A stretch of DNA of 64,000 nucleotides from an uncultured Acidimicrobiia bacterium (GCA_963823505.1 CAWGLY010000008.1:373924-437923), one strand, 5' to 3'. Shown: positions 1-9,583, numbered from the stretch's first letter. Translations and numbers: made by a program. The notes: generated from the sequence alone by a model not told the origin.

Positions 1-356
1 CGCCAATCCGTACCGATCTCTGCCATGCCCGGCACAGTAGTGACCACTCCGAACGATCTCCTTCCGGCGAGTGGTGATGTCCCGGCCGGGGCATTGAGGT
101 ACGCCGTTGATCATCCCCGGGGGTGGGTGGACGCTCGCATGAGCCCCGCGTCGAGATGCGGCGCCGAGGCCGCCACGCTTCGGCTACGGCAGGTAGCGGC
201 GACGCAGCACCGCACCAGCCTTGGGTGCCAGCACCTTGGCCGGGAGCAGGTCCTCGATCGTTGCCGACCTGAATGTCGCGTCGGCCAGCAGACCCCGGTA
301 CTGGTCGTTGGCCCGGGCGATGTCCGTGTTGCCCTCTCGGCATGAAGGTGTGTGGC

Positions 357-632
357 CTACCGTGGCCGGTAGATGTCTGCCCGATGGTCGATGTAGCTGA
401 CTCGAACCGTGTGGCTGTCGTGGTTGATCTCGTAGACGATGCGGTAGGCCCCGACTCTTGATGAGTGAAGTCCGGCGAGATCACCTCGTAGCGCTTTGCC
501 TACCCGGTGTGGGTTCTCGAGCAGAGGACCGACGAGGTAGTCGAGGACGGCAAGGGTGGTCTTGTCGGGAAGTCGATCTAGGGCTCGCCTTGCAGGGGCG
601 GCGACCACCAGTTCCCAAGGCGTTTCGGTCAC
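357..632 (-). CDS. RelE/ParE-family type II toxin
   Basis: 91-aa ORF with the RelE/ParE hallmark C-terminus (RIVYEI..HTVRVSYIDHR). GTG start at 632 overlaps the stop of the upstream antitoxin gene by 4 nt (GTGA). Confidence 0.8.
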   Translation of the reverse strand: MTETPWELVVAAPARRALDRLPDKTTLAVLDYLVGPLLENPHRVGKALRGDLAGLHSSRVGAYRIVYEINHDSHTVRVSYIDHRADIYRPR

Positions 633-922
633 GCTGTCTTGGAGCGGAGCCGGGTACGTAGCGCCTCGATCTCGTCCTTGGTGGCAACGTCACCGCTGGC
701 TATTGCTGCCCGACCTTGCTCGATCTCACGCATCGCTGCTGGGTCAGAGAGGATTGCCAACGTCTCTTCGATGGCCTCCAAATCGTCTGTGCTGAGCAGT
801 ACAGCAACAGGACGCCCGTTTCGGGTAACGGTGACTCGCTCTTGAGTGGCGACGATCTCGTCGACGACTTCCGACAGCTTGGCCTTGACTTCAGTCAGCG
901 GAAGCGTTCTTGACATGACCAT
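629..922 (-). CDS. Phd/YefM-family antitoxin
   Basis: The in-frame ATG at 922 (MVMSRTLPLTEVKAKLSEVVDEI...) gives a 97-aa product typical of Phd/YefM. The supplied 186-aa ORF extends upstream through non-protein-like sequence. Overlaps the toxin start. Confidence 0.8.
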   Translation of the reverse strand: MVMSRTLPLTEVKAKLSEVVDEIVATQERVTVTRNGRPVAVLLSTDDLEAIEETLAILSDPAAMREIEQGRAAIASGDVATKDEIEALRTRLRSKTA

Positions 923-1400
923 AATTGTAGTCTGAACGCGGCCATGGTCAATGGCACTCAGACACGTCGGTGGCGTCCTCGTCGATCTCGTCGGGGAGCG
1001 TGTGGATGGTCTCGGAGGGGTCGATCCGGTGCAATAGGCCAGATCCAGGACGCACCGGTGATCGGCGGATCGGTGAGGAACTCGCGGAGGGCCAGGACGA
1101 GGTTCCCGGGATAGGCGACGGTTGCCCGGTTGAACCGTCTCGGGCTGGTGAAGATCAAACCGGTGTGTGCCCTGCCCGTGCCGGCCCACAGCGCGGCGAG
1201 CGGCATGACGTCCGCCACGTTCTCGGTGACGGGGGCACGTTCGTGCCTTGTGGCGTAGGTCAGAAGATCGTCATCCGACATGCCGCGAAGTCCCGCCTCA
1301 GCGGCGACCGCAGGTCCCGGCCCCATCCCCATCTGTTGCGTGAAGCGCTCCCTTCCGCGGAATGTGCGATATCCTCTGCGCACCGCCTCATGGGAGCTTC

Positions 1401-2429
1401 ATGGCCGACGGCCGCGATCTTGGAACCATCATCAACGAACGGCGTCTTGCGCTCGGCTACTCGCTCGGCCAGCTCGCCAACCGTGTCGGGACAACCGCAA
1501 GCAAGGTGCGCTCATGGGAGCGTGGCGCCGCAACGCCCGACGAGGAGACGGTGGCGAGACTTGCTGCCGAGCTGAATCTCGACGCCGGGGACTTGAAGGC
1601 CGCGCTGCCATCTCCACCCGCCGCCAAGGCCGCGCCCGAGGAAGAGGATGACGACGCCACGGCCGCCGTCGCCGCACCGGTCTTCTCTGACGCCGGAGAC
1701 ACGATGGCCGCCGCCGTGGACGACGAGTCCACGCCACCACCCGCCTCCGCATCGAGCGGCGAGAGTCAACCGGAACCGGCACCGGAGCTCGAACCCGAGC
1801 CGGTGAAGGCGCAAGACCCGGCCGTGCCCGAAAGCCAGGCCGACCCGGTCGAAGACCCCGCCGATCACGCCGCAGCGGCCGACACCACCGCCGATCCCCG
1901 CCGGCAGGCGGAGGAGCCGACGGCAGTCGTTGCCGCATTCGACCCGGTCGAGGACGTCGACGCAGGTGACGCCGGCGAAGCGCAGGCAGCTGATCTCGAC
2001 GAACCCGAGGCAGAAACCCGAGCAGCGGAACCCGCCGCTGCGCCGCGGATGGCCGATCTCCCCACGGAGGCCGTACCGGTGATCGTCGCCGCCGGGGCCG
2101 CTCCGGCCGGTGTCGGCACGGCACTCGCCGCACCACCGCCTCCCGCCCGCTCGCCCGCACCCGTGGCTGCTGCAACCGCCATGGCGGCGCCGAACGGCGG
2201 ATTCCTGGCTCCGGTCGAGCAGTTCTTCAACACGGTGTTCGACCCGAAGAAGCGCTATCTCTTCTGGATTCGCACTGCGCTCACCGTGATCGTGTTCCTG
2301 GTGTTCCTGCGAGTGCTCGCCTGGGCCGTACCGGCGTTCTTCGATGCGCTCAAGCAGATCCTGGACACCATCGAGTCCACGCCGGCGGAGGTCGAGCCCG
2401 GCACCGTCATCGAGGGCCTCACCGGCTGA
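1401..2429 (+). CDS. HTH XRE-family DNA-binding protein with long acidic Ala/Pro/Glu/Asp-rich disordered linker and C-terminal transmembrane anchor
   Basis: ATG at 1401 (MADGRDLGTIINERRLALGYSLGQLANRVG = Cro/C1-type HTH). About 200 aa of low-complexity acidic linker. The C-terminus RYLFWIRTALTVIVFLVFLRVLAWAV is a predicted TM helix. Confidence 0.65.
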   Translation: MADGRDLGTIINERRLALGYSLGQLANRVGTTASKVRSWERGAATPDEETVARLAAELNLDAGDLKAALPSPPAAKAAPEEEDDDATAAVAAPVFSDAGDTMAAAVDDESTPPPASASSGESQPEPAPELEPEPVKAQDPAVPESQADPVEDPADHAAAADTTADPRRQAEEPTAVVAAFDPVEDVDAGDAGEAQAADLDEPEAETRAAEPAAAPRMADLPTEAVPVIVAAGAAPAGVGTALAAPPPPARSPAPVAAATAMAAPNGGFLAPVEQFFNTVFDPKKRYLFWIRTALTVIVFLVFLRVLAWAVPAFFDALKQILDTIESTPAEVEPGTVIEGLTG

Positions 2430-3149
2430 TCACAGCGCCTTGACGAGGAGCCCTACGGCCGCAGTCGTGGAGACGACGAGGATGCTGCGCCTGACGAACG
2501 TCGCCCCGATCTTGCTCGACAAGGGGACGCTGACCGCATAACCCAGTGCCAGCGCCGGGAAGATGATGGCGGCTACCTTCACATCGTCTGCGGTGATCAG
2601 CCCGGCGAGCAGGCGCACAGAGATCGTCAAGACCAGGCCGACGGTGAACACAAATGCGAGGCTGGCGCGGATGGTGGCTGGACCGCGGTCGTGGAACAAG
2701 AGCGCCATCGGTGGCCCGCCCATCGACGCCACCATGCTCGAGACGCCTGCGAACGTTCCCACGAGGAGGTCGGTGGTACGGCCGCGGGTGACGGTGACAT
2801 CACGGGCACGGATCGCCACGCCCGCCAGCACGAGTGCGGCGATGAGCACATCCAGCGACCTTTGCGTGGCCACGAGCACCAGCGTCACACCGATGGCTGC
2901 TCCGGGCAGTCGACCGATGAGGACCCACGTGACCCCGGCGAGGTCGGCATGACGCCGTTCCCTGAGTCCCATGAACAAGGTCAGGGGAAGCACCACCAAG
3001 AGTTGGGGAACCGGCGCCAGCGTCGGATTGATGAGCGACAGCAGCGGCACAGATACCACCGCAAAACCGATCCCAACCATTCCCTGGGCGAGCGCCGCAG
3101 CGAACGTGACGACGAGCGCGGCGATCACGTCGAGCGTAGAGAGGTCCAC
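2430..3149 (-). CDS. TauE/SafE-family sulfite/anion exporter (DUF81) membrane protein
   Basis: 239-aa polytopic membrane protein with the typical TauE/SafE glycine-rich helices. Convergent with the HTH gene; the two stop codons are adjacent. Confidence 0.8.
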   Translation of the reverse strand: MDLSTLDVIAALVVTFAAALAQGMVGIGFAVVSVPLLSLINPTLAPVPQLLVVLPLTLFMGLRERRHADLAGVTWVLIGRLPGAAIGVTLVLVATQRSLDVLIAALVLAGVAIRARDVTVTRGRTTDLLVGTFAGVSSMVASMGGPPMALLFHDRGPATIRASLAFVFTVGLVLTISVRLLAGLITADDVKVAAIIFPALALGYAVSVPLSSKIGATFVRRSILVVSTTAAVGLLVKAL

Positions 3150-3416
3150 GGGTCTTCAGCTCGCCATCGCTGGAGGCGTCGTCGCCGGGACACCCGCTGC
3201 AGAGCAAGCCAGGCCGTGCCGTCTGCGAGCGCGACTGCGCGGCCGGCGCAGCGCACAATCCTGCCTTGGCGTTTCCGTGGTGGACACTGGTGCCGGCCTT
3301 CCTGCGACGAGTCCACGAGTATGGCAGTGCGGCGCTGTGCGCCTGCACGAAACAGGCACCGTCCGGAGCGGCCGACTGATGCGGACTACGGGAGCCGTGC
3401 AGCTAGCGTCTCGGCT

Positions 3417-4256
3417 ATGGCACGAGTACTCGGCATCTTCGTCGCGGCTGCGCTCGCCCTCGCTGCCTGCGGCAGCTCCGATGCCACGTTCCCCGACGAA
3501 GCCTTTGCGATCCGTGCCTCTTCGGACCTCGGCGTCGGTCCCGACCGTCTCTTGTTGGGTATAGGGGACGACACCGGCGCCAGGCTCGGATCGCCGGATG
3601 ACAACGTCACGATTGCGGTCCACCCGGAATCTGATCCCGCTGCGGTTCAAGAGGCGCCCGGAGTGTGGACGTGGATCGTCCCAGACGGTGTTGGGTTGTA
3701 CCGCGCCGCATTCGACTTCGACAGTGCCGGCATCTGGGTGGCCACGGTTTCCCCTGCGGCCGGGGACCCGCTCGAGCCTGTCCTGTTCCAGGTGCAAGAC
3801 GACCCCTTTGCCCCGGGGATCGGCGAGACGGCACCCGTCGCTCCGACCCCGACGCTGTCCGACATGACGATCGAGGAGCTGACCACGGACCCGGAGCCCG
3901 AGCTTTCGTTCTATGAGATGTCGCTCGAGGAGGCTGTGGCGTCAGGCCGGCCGACGGTCTTGGTGTTCTCAACGCCGGCCTATTGCCAGACGGCGGCGTG
4001 CGGTCCGTTGCTCGAGACGGTGAAGGACGTCGCTCCTCTCCACCCCGACGTCAACTTCATCCACGTCGAGGTGTACACCGGTCTGACCGACCAGGACTTT
4101 GCGCCTGACGCCGCCCACGTCGCACCCGCTGCCGGAGAGGAGTGGTACTCGTTGCCTTCGGAGCCGTGGGTTTTCGTCATCAACGAGGCCGGGATGGTCA
4201 CCGGGCGTTTTGAAGGTGTGATGGACGCAAGCGAACTCGAGGCGATCCTGCCATGA
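3417..4256 (+). CDS. secreted lipoprotein with thioredoxin-like C-terminal region (Cys-X4-Cys), immediately upstream of ctaC
   Basis: ATG at 3417, in frame inside the supplied 2691..4256 ORF. Signal peptide plus lipobox (LALAACGSS). C-terminal PTVLVFSTPAYCQTAACGP resembles Sco/TlpA-type thioredoxin folds. The upstream part of the supplied ORF is non-protein-like. Confidence 0.5.
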   Translation: MARVLGIFVAAALALAACGSSDATFPDEAFAIRASSDLGVGPDRLLLGIGDDTGARLGSPDDNVTIAVHPESDPAAVQEAPGVWTWIVPDGVGLYRAAFDFDSAGIWVATVSPAAGDPLEPVLFQVQDDPFAPGIGETAPVAPTPTLSDMTIEELTTDPEPELSFYEMSLEEAVASGRPTVLVFSTPAYCQTAACGPLLETVKDVAPLHPDVNFIHVEVYTGLTDQDFAPDAAHVAPAAGEEWYSLPSEPWVFVINEAGMVTGRFEGVMDASELEAILP

Positions 4257-4269
4257 TTTCACCTGCCGG

Positions 4270-5529
4270 ATGTCGCTCGGTACGATGCCGCTCGCATACG
4301 GAACTGTCCGGACGGACGTGGGAGTCGACGGCAACGTGACACGGAAACCCGAGGGGTCGGAGCTGCGGCAGCGCCGCAATCGCCGGGTGCTCAGACGCCC
4401 CTTTGTGGCCGTTGCGCTCATCGTGCTTGCGCTGTCCGCCTGCTCCGGATCGGGACCGCAGTCGTCGCTCGAGCCGCAGGGGCCGATTGCCCAGGACATC
4501 GATGGCCTCTGGGAGCTCGTGCTCATCCTGGCGACGATCGTGTTCGTTCTCGTCATGATCGCTTTTGTGGCAAGCATCATTCGCTTCAGGGAACGGAAGA
4601 ACGACACCCACGAGCCGGTACAGGTGCACGGCAACACCCGGCTCGAGATCGTGTGGACCATCATTCCTGCAGTGATCCTCGCCGTGCTGGCCGTGCCGTC
4701 GGTCGAGGGCATCTTCGACCTGCGCACCGCTCCCGAAGGTCCTGAAGTCGTCAATGTCGAAGTGACGGGACATCAATGGTGGTGGGAATTCGTCTATCCC
4801 GACATCATCGGCGAAGACGGCCGCCCCCTCATCACCGCCAACGAACTCCATGTCCCGGCGGGAACACCGGTCAGCCTCACCATGACGTCATCGGACGTCA
4901 TCCACAGCTTCTGGGTGCCGCCGCTCAACGGCAAGCGTGACGTCGTGCCCGGCCGTATCACGCGGCTGACGCTGAACGCCGATCCCGATGCGGTGAACCA
5001 AGACACGGGATTCGGGCCCGGTGTCATTCTCGGCCAGTGCGCAGAGTTCTGCGGCCTCGCCCATGCGGACATGCGGCTGCGTGTGTTTGTCGAGACCCCC
5101 AGCGGCTTCGACGAATGGGCGGCCGGCCAGTTGGCGCCCTCTGCCGTGCCTGCGGCCGGTGCAGCCGCCGCCGGGTACGAGACCTTCAATCAGGTCTGCA
5201 CCGCATGCCATCAGGCAACCGTGATGCAACCAGACGGCACCGTCGAGACCATCGGTCTCGAGAACACGCTCACTGCAAGGGGCGAAGAGTTCCGCGACTC
5301 GTTTGGTCCGAACCTCACCCACTTCGGGAGTCGGACCACGTTCGGCGGGGCCAGTTTTGCCAACGATCCGGCGCACCTCGCCGTGTGGCTGAACAACCCG
5401 TCCGACCTGAAGCCCATGCTGCCTGACCGTAACGACGTGGCGAACAAAGTGATTCTCGGCATGCCAAACTTCGGCCTGTCCGAAGAAGAGGTTGCCAATC
5501 TGCTCGAGTTGCTCCAGGGGTGGGACTGA
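4270..5529 (+). CDS. ctaC: cytochrome c oxidase subunit II with fused C-terminal cytochrome c domain (caa3-type)
   Basis: CuA motifs (HSFWVP, CAEFCGLAHADM). C-terminal CTACH heme c site. Signal/lipobox LALSACSG. Start may lie a few codons downstream. Confidence 0.9.
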   Translation: MSLGTMPLAYGTVRTDVGVDGNVTRKPEGSELRQRRNRRVLRRPFVAVALIVLALSACSGSGPQSSLEPQGPIAQDIDGLWELVLILATIVFVLVMIAFVASIIRFRERKNDTHEPVQVHGNTRLEIVWTIIPAVILAVLAVPSVEGIFDLRTAPEGPEVVNVEVTGHQWWWEFVYPDIIGEDGRPLITANELHVPAGTPVSLTMTSSDVIHSFWVPPLNGKRDVVPGRITRLTLNADPDAVNQDTGFGPGVILGQCAEFCGLAHADMRLRVFVETPSGFDEWAAGQLAPSAVPAAGAAAAGYETFNQVCTACHQATVMQPDGTVETIGLENTLTARGEEFRDSFGPNLTHFGSRTTFGGASFANDPAHLAVWLNNPSDLKPMLPDRNDVANKVILGMPNFGLSEEEVANLLELLQGWD

Positions 5530-5569
5530 TGGTTGTCGTGAACGCTGAATCCCCGGGAGGTGGGCCCAC

Positions 5570-7486
5570 ATGGCAGTGACGACAGAGCGCGCCGAGCTGA
5601 CCTACACCGGAGAACGTGGCGCCTGGGCGTGGATCACGACTGCGGACCACAAGCGCATCGGTTTGTTGTATGGCGTCACCGCGTTCGTCTTCTTCTTCGT
5701 CGGTGGCCTCGAGGCACTGTTCGTGCGTCTCCAGCTCGCCGGCCCCAACGGCGAGGTACTGAGCGCAAACGCGTACAACCAGTTGTTCACCATGCACGGT
5801 CTCACGATGGTCTTCCTCGTGGTCATGCCGATTGCGGCTGCCTTCACGAACTACTTCCTGCCGATCATGATCGGGGCCCGTGACGTCGCCTTTCCCCGGC
5901 TCAATGCGTTCTCCTACTGGCTCTTCCTGCTCAGCGGGATCATGATCTACACCTCTTTCCTCGTGGGTGGAGCCCCCGACGGAGCCTGGGTGGGGTACGC
6001 CCCACTGTCCACTCAGCTCACCGAGGTGGTTCGCATGGACTACTGGGCAATCGGGCTCAACCTCCTGGGCGTGGCCTCCATCGCTTCTTCTGCCAACTTC
6101 ATCGCCACGATCTTCACCATGCGTGCGCCCGGCATGACCCTGTTGCGGATGCCTGTCTTCGTGTGGATGTCCCTCGTGGTGGCTTTCCTGCTGATCTTCT
6201 CGCTGCCTGCCGTCAGCATCGGCCTGTTCCAGCTCTTCCTCGACCGCAACTTCGGGGCGCTGTTCTACGCCGGCGCTGCGGGAGGTGATCCGTTGCTGTG
6301 GCAGCACCTCTTCTGGCTGTTCGGCCACCCGGAGGTCTACGTGTTGATCCTGCCGGCGATGGGCATCGTCTCCGAGATCCTGCCGGTCTTCAGCCGCAAG
6401 CCCCTGTTTGGCTACGAGTTCGTCGTGTTCTCCGGCGCCGCGATCGGCTTCGTTGGGTTCGGCGTCTGGTCGCACCACATGTTCACGTCGGGCATGGGCC
6501 CCATCGCAGAGGCTGGCTTCAGCGTCGCCACCATGATCATCGCCGTCCCGACAGGAGTGAAGATCTTCAACTGGATCGGCACGACATGGGGCGGCAGGTT
6601 ACGGATGGCCACGCCCATGTTGTTCTCGCTCGGCTTCATTGCGATGTTCGTCATCGGTGGTCTTTCCGGGGTGACCCACGCAGTGGTGCCCGCCGACACG
6701 CAGCAACACGACAGCTACTACGTCGTCGCCCACTTCCATTACGTGCTGTTCGGGGGTGCGATCTTCGGCTACGTCGCAGGCGTCTACTACTGGTTCGGCA
6801 AGTGGACCGGGCGGATGCTCGACGAGACCATCGGAAAATGGCACTTCTGGCTCATGCTGATCGGCTTCAACCTGACTTTCGCCCCGATGCACATCCTCGG
6901 TCTCAACGGGATGCCGAGGCGTACCTACCGCTACGCCGAGGGGCTCGGCTGGGACATGTGGAACCTCATGTCAACCGTGGGCTCCGTGATCATCGGGATC
7001 TCGATGTTGCTCTTCCTCTACAACATCATCAAGTCCCGCAAGAGCGGGGCAATTGCCGGCGACGACCCTTGGGACGGCCGCACGCTCGAGTGGACCATCA
7101 CGTCTCCTCCACCGGTACACAATTTCGATGAGGTGCCGCACGTCGAATCCCTCGACGACTTCTGGCACAAGAAGTACGCCGAGGACGAGGAAGGGCGCGC
7201 CGTCAAGATGCCGGCCGTGTCGGGCGGCACGCTGCTCGAGACGGGCGGGCCGGGCGACGAGGACGAGCACCACGAAGAGATCCACATGCCCTCACCGTCG
7301 TTCTATCCCGCGCTGTCCTCGCTCGGTCTGGTCATCACCGGATACGGGCTGATCTACTTGTCGTGGGGCTGGGCGGCTATCGCCGTCGGTGGGATGATCA
7401 CGCTGTGGGGTCTGTTCGGCTGGTCGCTCGAGCCGATCACCAGAGAGCACTACGTACCCGTGAAGACGGCGGGAGGCGAACACTGA
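5570..7486 (+). CDS. ctaD: cytochrome c oxidase subunit I (heme-copper oxidase catalytic subunit) with about 80-aa C-terminal extension carrying two extra TM helices
   Basis: Canonical COX1 helices and His ligands (WFGHPEVY, HHMFT, FHYVLFGG). SD GGGAGGTG upstream of ATG 5570. The stop overlaps the ctaE start (ATGA). Confidence 0.95.
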   Translation: MAVTTERAELTYTGERGAWAWITTADHKRIGLLYGVTAFVFFFVGGLEALFVRLQLAGPNGEVLSANAYNQLFTMHGLTMVFLVVMPIAAAFTNYFLPIMIGARDVAFPRLNAFSYWLFLLSGIMIYTSFLVGGAPDGAWVGYAPLSTQLTEVVRMDYWAIGLNLLGVASIASSANFIATIFTMRAPGMTLLRMPVFVWMSLVVAFLLIFSLPAVSIGLFQLFLDRNFGALFYAGAAGGDPLLWQHLFWLFGHPEVYVLILPAMGIVSEILPVFSRKPLFGYEFVVFSGAAIGFVGFGVWSHHMFTSGMGPIAEAGFSVATMIIAVPTGVKIFNWIGTTWGGRLRMATPMLFSLGFIAMFVIGGLSGVTHAVVPADTQQHDSYYVVAHFHYVLFGGAIFGYVAGVYYWFGKWTGRMLDETIGKWHFWLMLIGFNLTFAPMHILGLNGMPRRTYRYAEGLGWDMWNLMSTVGSVIIGISMLLFLYNIIKSRKSGAIAGDDPWDGRTLEWTITSPPPVHNFDEVPHVESLDDFWHKKYAEDEEGRAVKMPAVSGGTLLETGGPGDEDEHHEEIHMPSPSFYPALSSLGLVITGYGLIYLSWGWAAIAVGGMITLWGLFGWSLEPITREHYVPVKTAGGEH

Positions 7487-8097
7487 TGTCCGCCAACCCT
7501 GTCGCCGAAACGGTGCCGTCCCTCCCGCACGACGGCGAGCCCGACCTCCAGGTGGTGCGCAAGACGGCCATGTGGGTGTTCCTCGGCTCTGAGTGCATCT
7601 TCTTCGGCTCGATGATTGCCACCTTCCTGCTGTACCGCACGACGACCCTGGACGGGCCTGGAGCCGAGCTCTTCAACGTCCCTTTCACGTCCGCCTCGTC
7701 ATTTGTGCTGCTCATGAGTTCGCTCACGATGGTGCTTGCCCACAATTCCTTCGACCAAGGGGATAGCCGGCAGGCTCGGGTGTGGCTCGGCGCCACCGCG
7801 CTCCTCGGATCGACGTTCCTGGCCGGCCAGATCTTCGAGTTCACCGAATTCGTCCACGAGGGGCTGACGATGAGCTCCAGCCCGTTCGGCTCGTCGTTCT
7901 ACATGCTCACCGGTTTCCACGGTGTACACGTGGCCGTCGGGGTCATGCTGCTGACCGCCATGTTCATCCTGTCGCTCAACGGCAGGCTTCACAGAGACCG
8001 CGGCCTGAACGTCGAGCTGATCGCCCTCTACTGGCACTTCGTCGACATCGTCTGGATCGTGATCTTCACGGTTGTCTATCTCCTCCAGGTTCTCTGA
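7486..8097 (+). CDS. ctaE: cytochrome c oxidase subunit III
   Basis: ATG at 7486 (MSANPVAET...). COX3 family helices (FFGSMIATFLLYR, MLTGFHGVHV, WHFVDIVWIV). Confidence 0.9.
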   Translation: MSANPVAETVPSLPHDGEPDLQVVRKTAMWVFLGSECIFFGSMIATFLLYRTTTLDGPGAELFNVPFTSASSFVLLMSSLTMVLAHNSFDQGDSRQARVWLGATALLGSTFLAGQIFEFTEFVHEGLTMSSSPFGSSFYMLTGFHGVHVAVGVMLLTAMFILSLNGRLHRDRGLNVELIALYWHFVDIVWIVIFTVVYLLQVL

Positions 8098-8100
8098 ACG

Positions 8101-8385
8101 ATGTCTGAAACCGCTGCTCACCCAACTCCAAAGACCTACTGGATCATTGCGCTCGCCCTGGCGATCGTCACGGCCGTCGAGATCGGGATCGCCTACATCG
8201 AGCAGGCGAAAGGGTTCGTGGCTCCGATGCTCATCGTCCTCGGCGCGATCAAATTTGGAGTGGTAGTCGCATTCTTCATGCATCTGAAGTTCGAGAAACC
8301 CCTCACCCGCAGCCTGTTCCTCGTCGGCGTGTTCGGCGCCATCGTGCTGTTCGTGGTGGTGCTGGCGACGTTCCGGGCGCTGTGA
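8101..8385 (+). CDS. ctaF: cytochrome c oxidase subunit IV (small 3-TM subunit of caa3-type oxidases)
   Basis: 94-aa protein with three hydrophobic helices, immediately after ctaE. Typical position and size for bacterial CoxIV/CtaF. Confidence 0.7.
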   Translation: MSETAAHPTPKTYWIIALALAIVTAVEIGIAYIEQAKGFVAPMLIVLGAIKFGVVVAFFMHLKFEKPLTRSLFLVGVFGAIVLFVVVLATFRAL

Positions 8386-8392
8386 AGCCACG

Positions 8393-9244
8393 ATGACGAT
8401 GCTGGCGGTGTCTGAGGGGGCTGTAGCAACTTCCTTCAGCGACGTCGCCGCGTTTCACGTTCATCTTGATGTGCTCGGCATCGTGGTCGCCCTTGCCGTT
8501 GGCTACGAATACGCGGTGCGGCGACTGGCGGCCGACTACGCACCTCGGGGTGAGCCCGCCGTCACGACGCGGCAGCGGATCCTCTTCTATTCCGGTCTGG
8601 CGACGCTTCTGATCGTGTCGACGTGGCCGCTGCACGACATCGGCGAGTCGAGCCTCTTCATCTTCCACATGATCGAGCATCTCGGGATCTCGCTGATCGT
8701 GCCGCCACTCCTGCTGTACGGCACGCCGTGGTGGGTGACGCGGATGCTCGTCCTGCCGATTCTCCCTGTGATGCGGATCCTGACGAAGCCGCTCGTCGCC
8801 CTGTTTCTCTTCAACGCCACGCTGGGCCTCATCCACGTTCCCGGCATCCTGACGCTGATGCTGGAATCCGAGCTGTTCCACTTCGCCGCCCACTTGGTTC
8901 TCTTCCTCACCGCCATCCTCATGTGGTGGCCGGTCGTGGGCCCCATCCCCGATCTGCCGAGGCTGCAGCCATTCCAGAGGATGGGCTATTTGTTCCTCCA
9001 GTCGCTGGTTCCCACGGTCCCGGCATCCTTCCTCACGCTGGGAGAGAACCCGCTCTATCCGATCTACGAGACCTTTCCCCGGCTGTGGGGGCTCAGTGCC
9101 TACAACGACCAGGTGATCGCTGGTCTCGTCATGAAACTCGGCGGCGGGTTGTTGCTGTGGGGGTTCATCGCCGGTGTGTTCTTCAGCTGGTGGGCCGAGG
9201 AGCAGCGGTACGCCAACCCAGTCCGCACCGTCACCAAGATCTGA
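8393..9244 (+). CDS. ctaG: Bacillus-type cytochrome c oxidase assembly factor CtaG (Caa3_CtaG family)
   Basis: 283-aa polytopic membrane protein with the conserved HMIEHLGISLIVPPLLLYGTPWW region characteristic of Caa3_CtaG. Directly downstream of ctaCDEF. Confidence 0.75.
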   Translation: MTMLAVSEGAVATSFSDVAAFHVHLDVLGIVVALAVGYEYAVRRLAADYAPRGEPAVTTRQRILFYSGLATLLIVSTWPLHDIGESSLFIFHMIEHLGISLIVPPLLLYGTPWWVTRMLVLPILPVMRILTKPLVALFLFNATLGLIHVPGILTLMLESELFHFAAHLVLFLTAILMWWPVVGPIPDLPRLQPFQRMGYLFLQSLVPTVPASFLTLGENPLYPIYETFPRLWGLSAYNDQVIAGLVMKLGGGLLLWGFIAGVFFSWWAEEQRYANPVRTVTKI

Positions 9245-9582
9245 TGCCACGGACGCGACGGCGCCTGTGGGCCGTCGTGGTCGTAGGCGTCGCAATCCTG
9301 AGTGGATGTGGTGGTGCAGGCGAAACAGGGATCGCAACGGGCGTCGTGATCGATCTCGAAGGGGATCTGACCACCGTGTCGTCGTTTGTGCTTCGTCTCC
9401 CAGACGGCTCAGACCAGGAGGTCGTGCCTGCCCCGGGAATCCGCTTCCACGGCAACTCGGCAATCAGCCATCTCCGAGATCACTTGCGAAGTGGGGAACC
9501 AGTGCGCATCGAGTACGAGGTGCTGGACGATGGTTCCTGGGTCGCAGGGGTCGTCGAAGATGCGTCAGCCAGCGAGGGATGA
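9244..9582 (+). CDS. small lipoprotein (hypothetical) at end of cta operon
   Basis: ATG at 9244, in frame inside the supplied 8623..9582 ORF. MPRTRRRLWAVVVVGVAILSGCGG is a signal peptide with lipobox. 112 aa. Confidence 0.45.
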   Translation: MPRTRRRLWAVVVVGVAILSGCGGAGETGIATGVVIDLEGDLTTVSSFVLRLPDGSDQEVVPAPGIRFHGNSAISHLRDHLRSGEPVRIEYEVLDDGSWVAGVVEDASASEG

Positions 9583-9583
9583 T

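Noticed and set aside
25-345. 106-aa plus-strand ORF at the window start
   Set aside because: Arg/Ala/Gly-rich with no motifs. The opposite strand shows the stronger coding-like codon-position GC skew, which is discussed above as a possible gene remnant.
2691-3416. N-terminal 242 codons of the supplied 521-aa ORF 2691..4256
   Set aside because: His/Arg/Asp-rich nonsense overlapping the TauE gene on the other strand. The real gene starts at the ATG at 3417, which has a signal peptide and lipobox.
5315-6478. 387-aa minus-strand ORF, plus others at 8303..9463, 4198..4851 and 3969..4754, inside the cta operon
   Set aside because: Overlap ctaC, ctaD and ctaG on the opposite strand. Low-complexity Arg/Glu/His-rich translations with no motifs.
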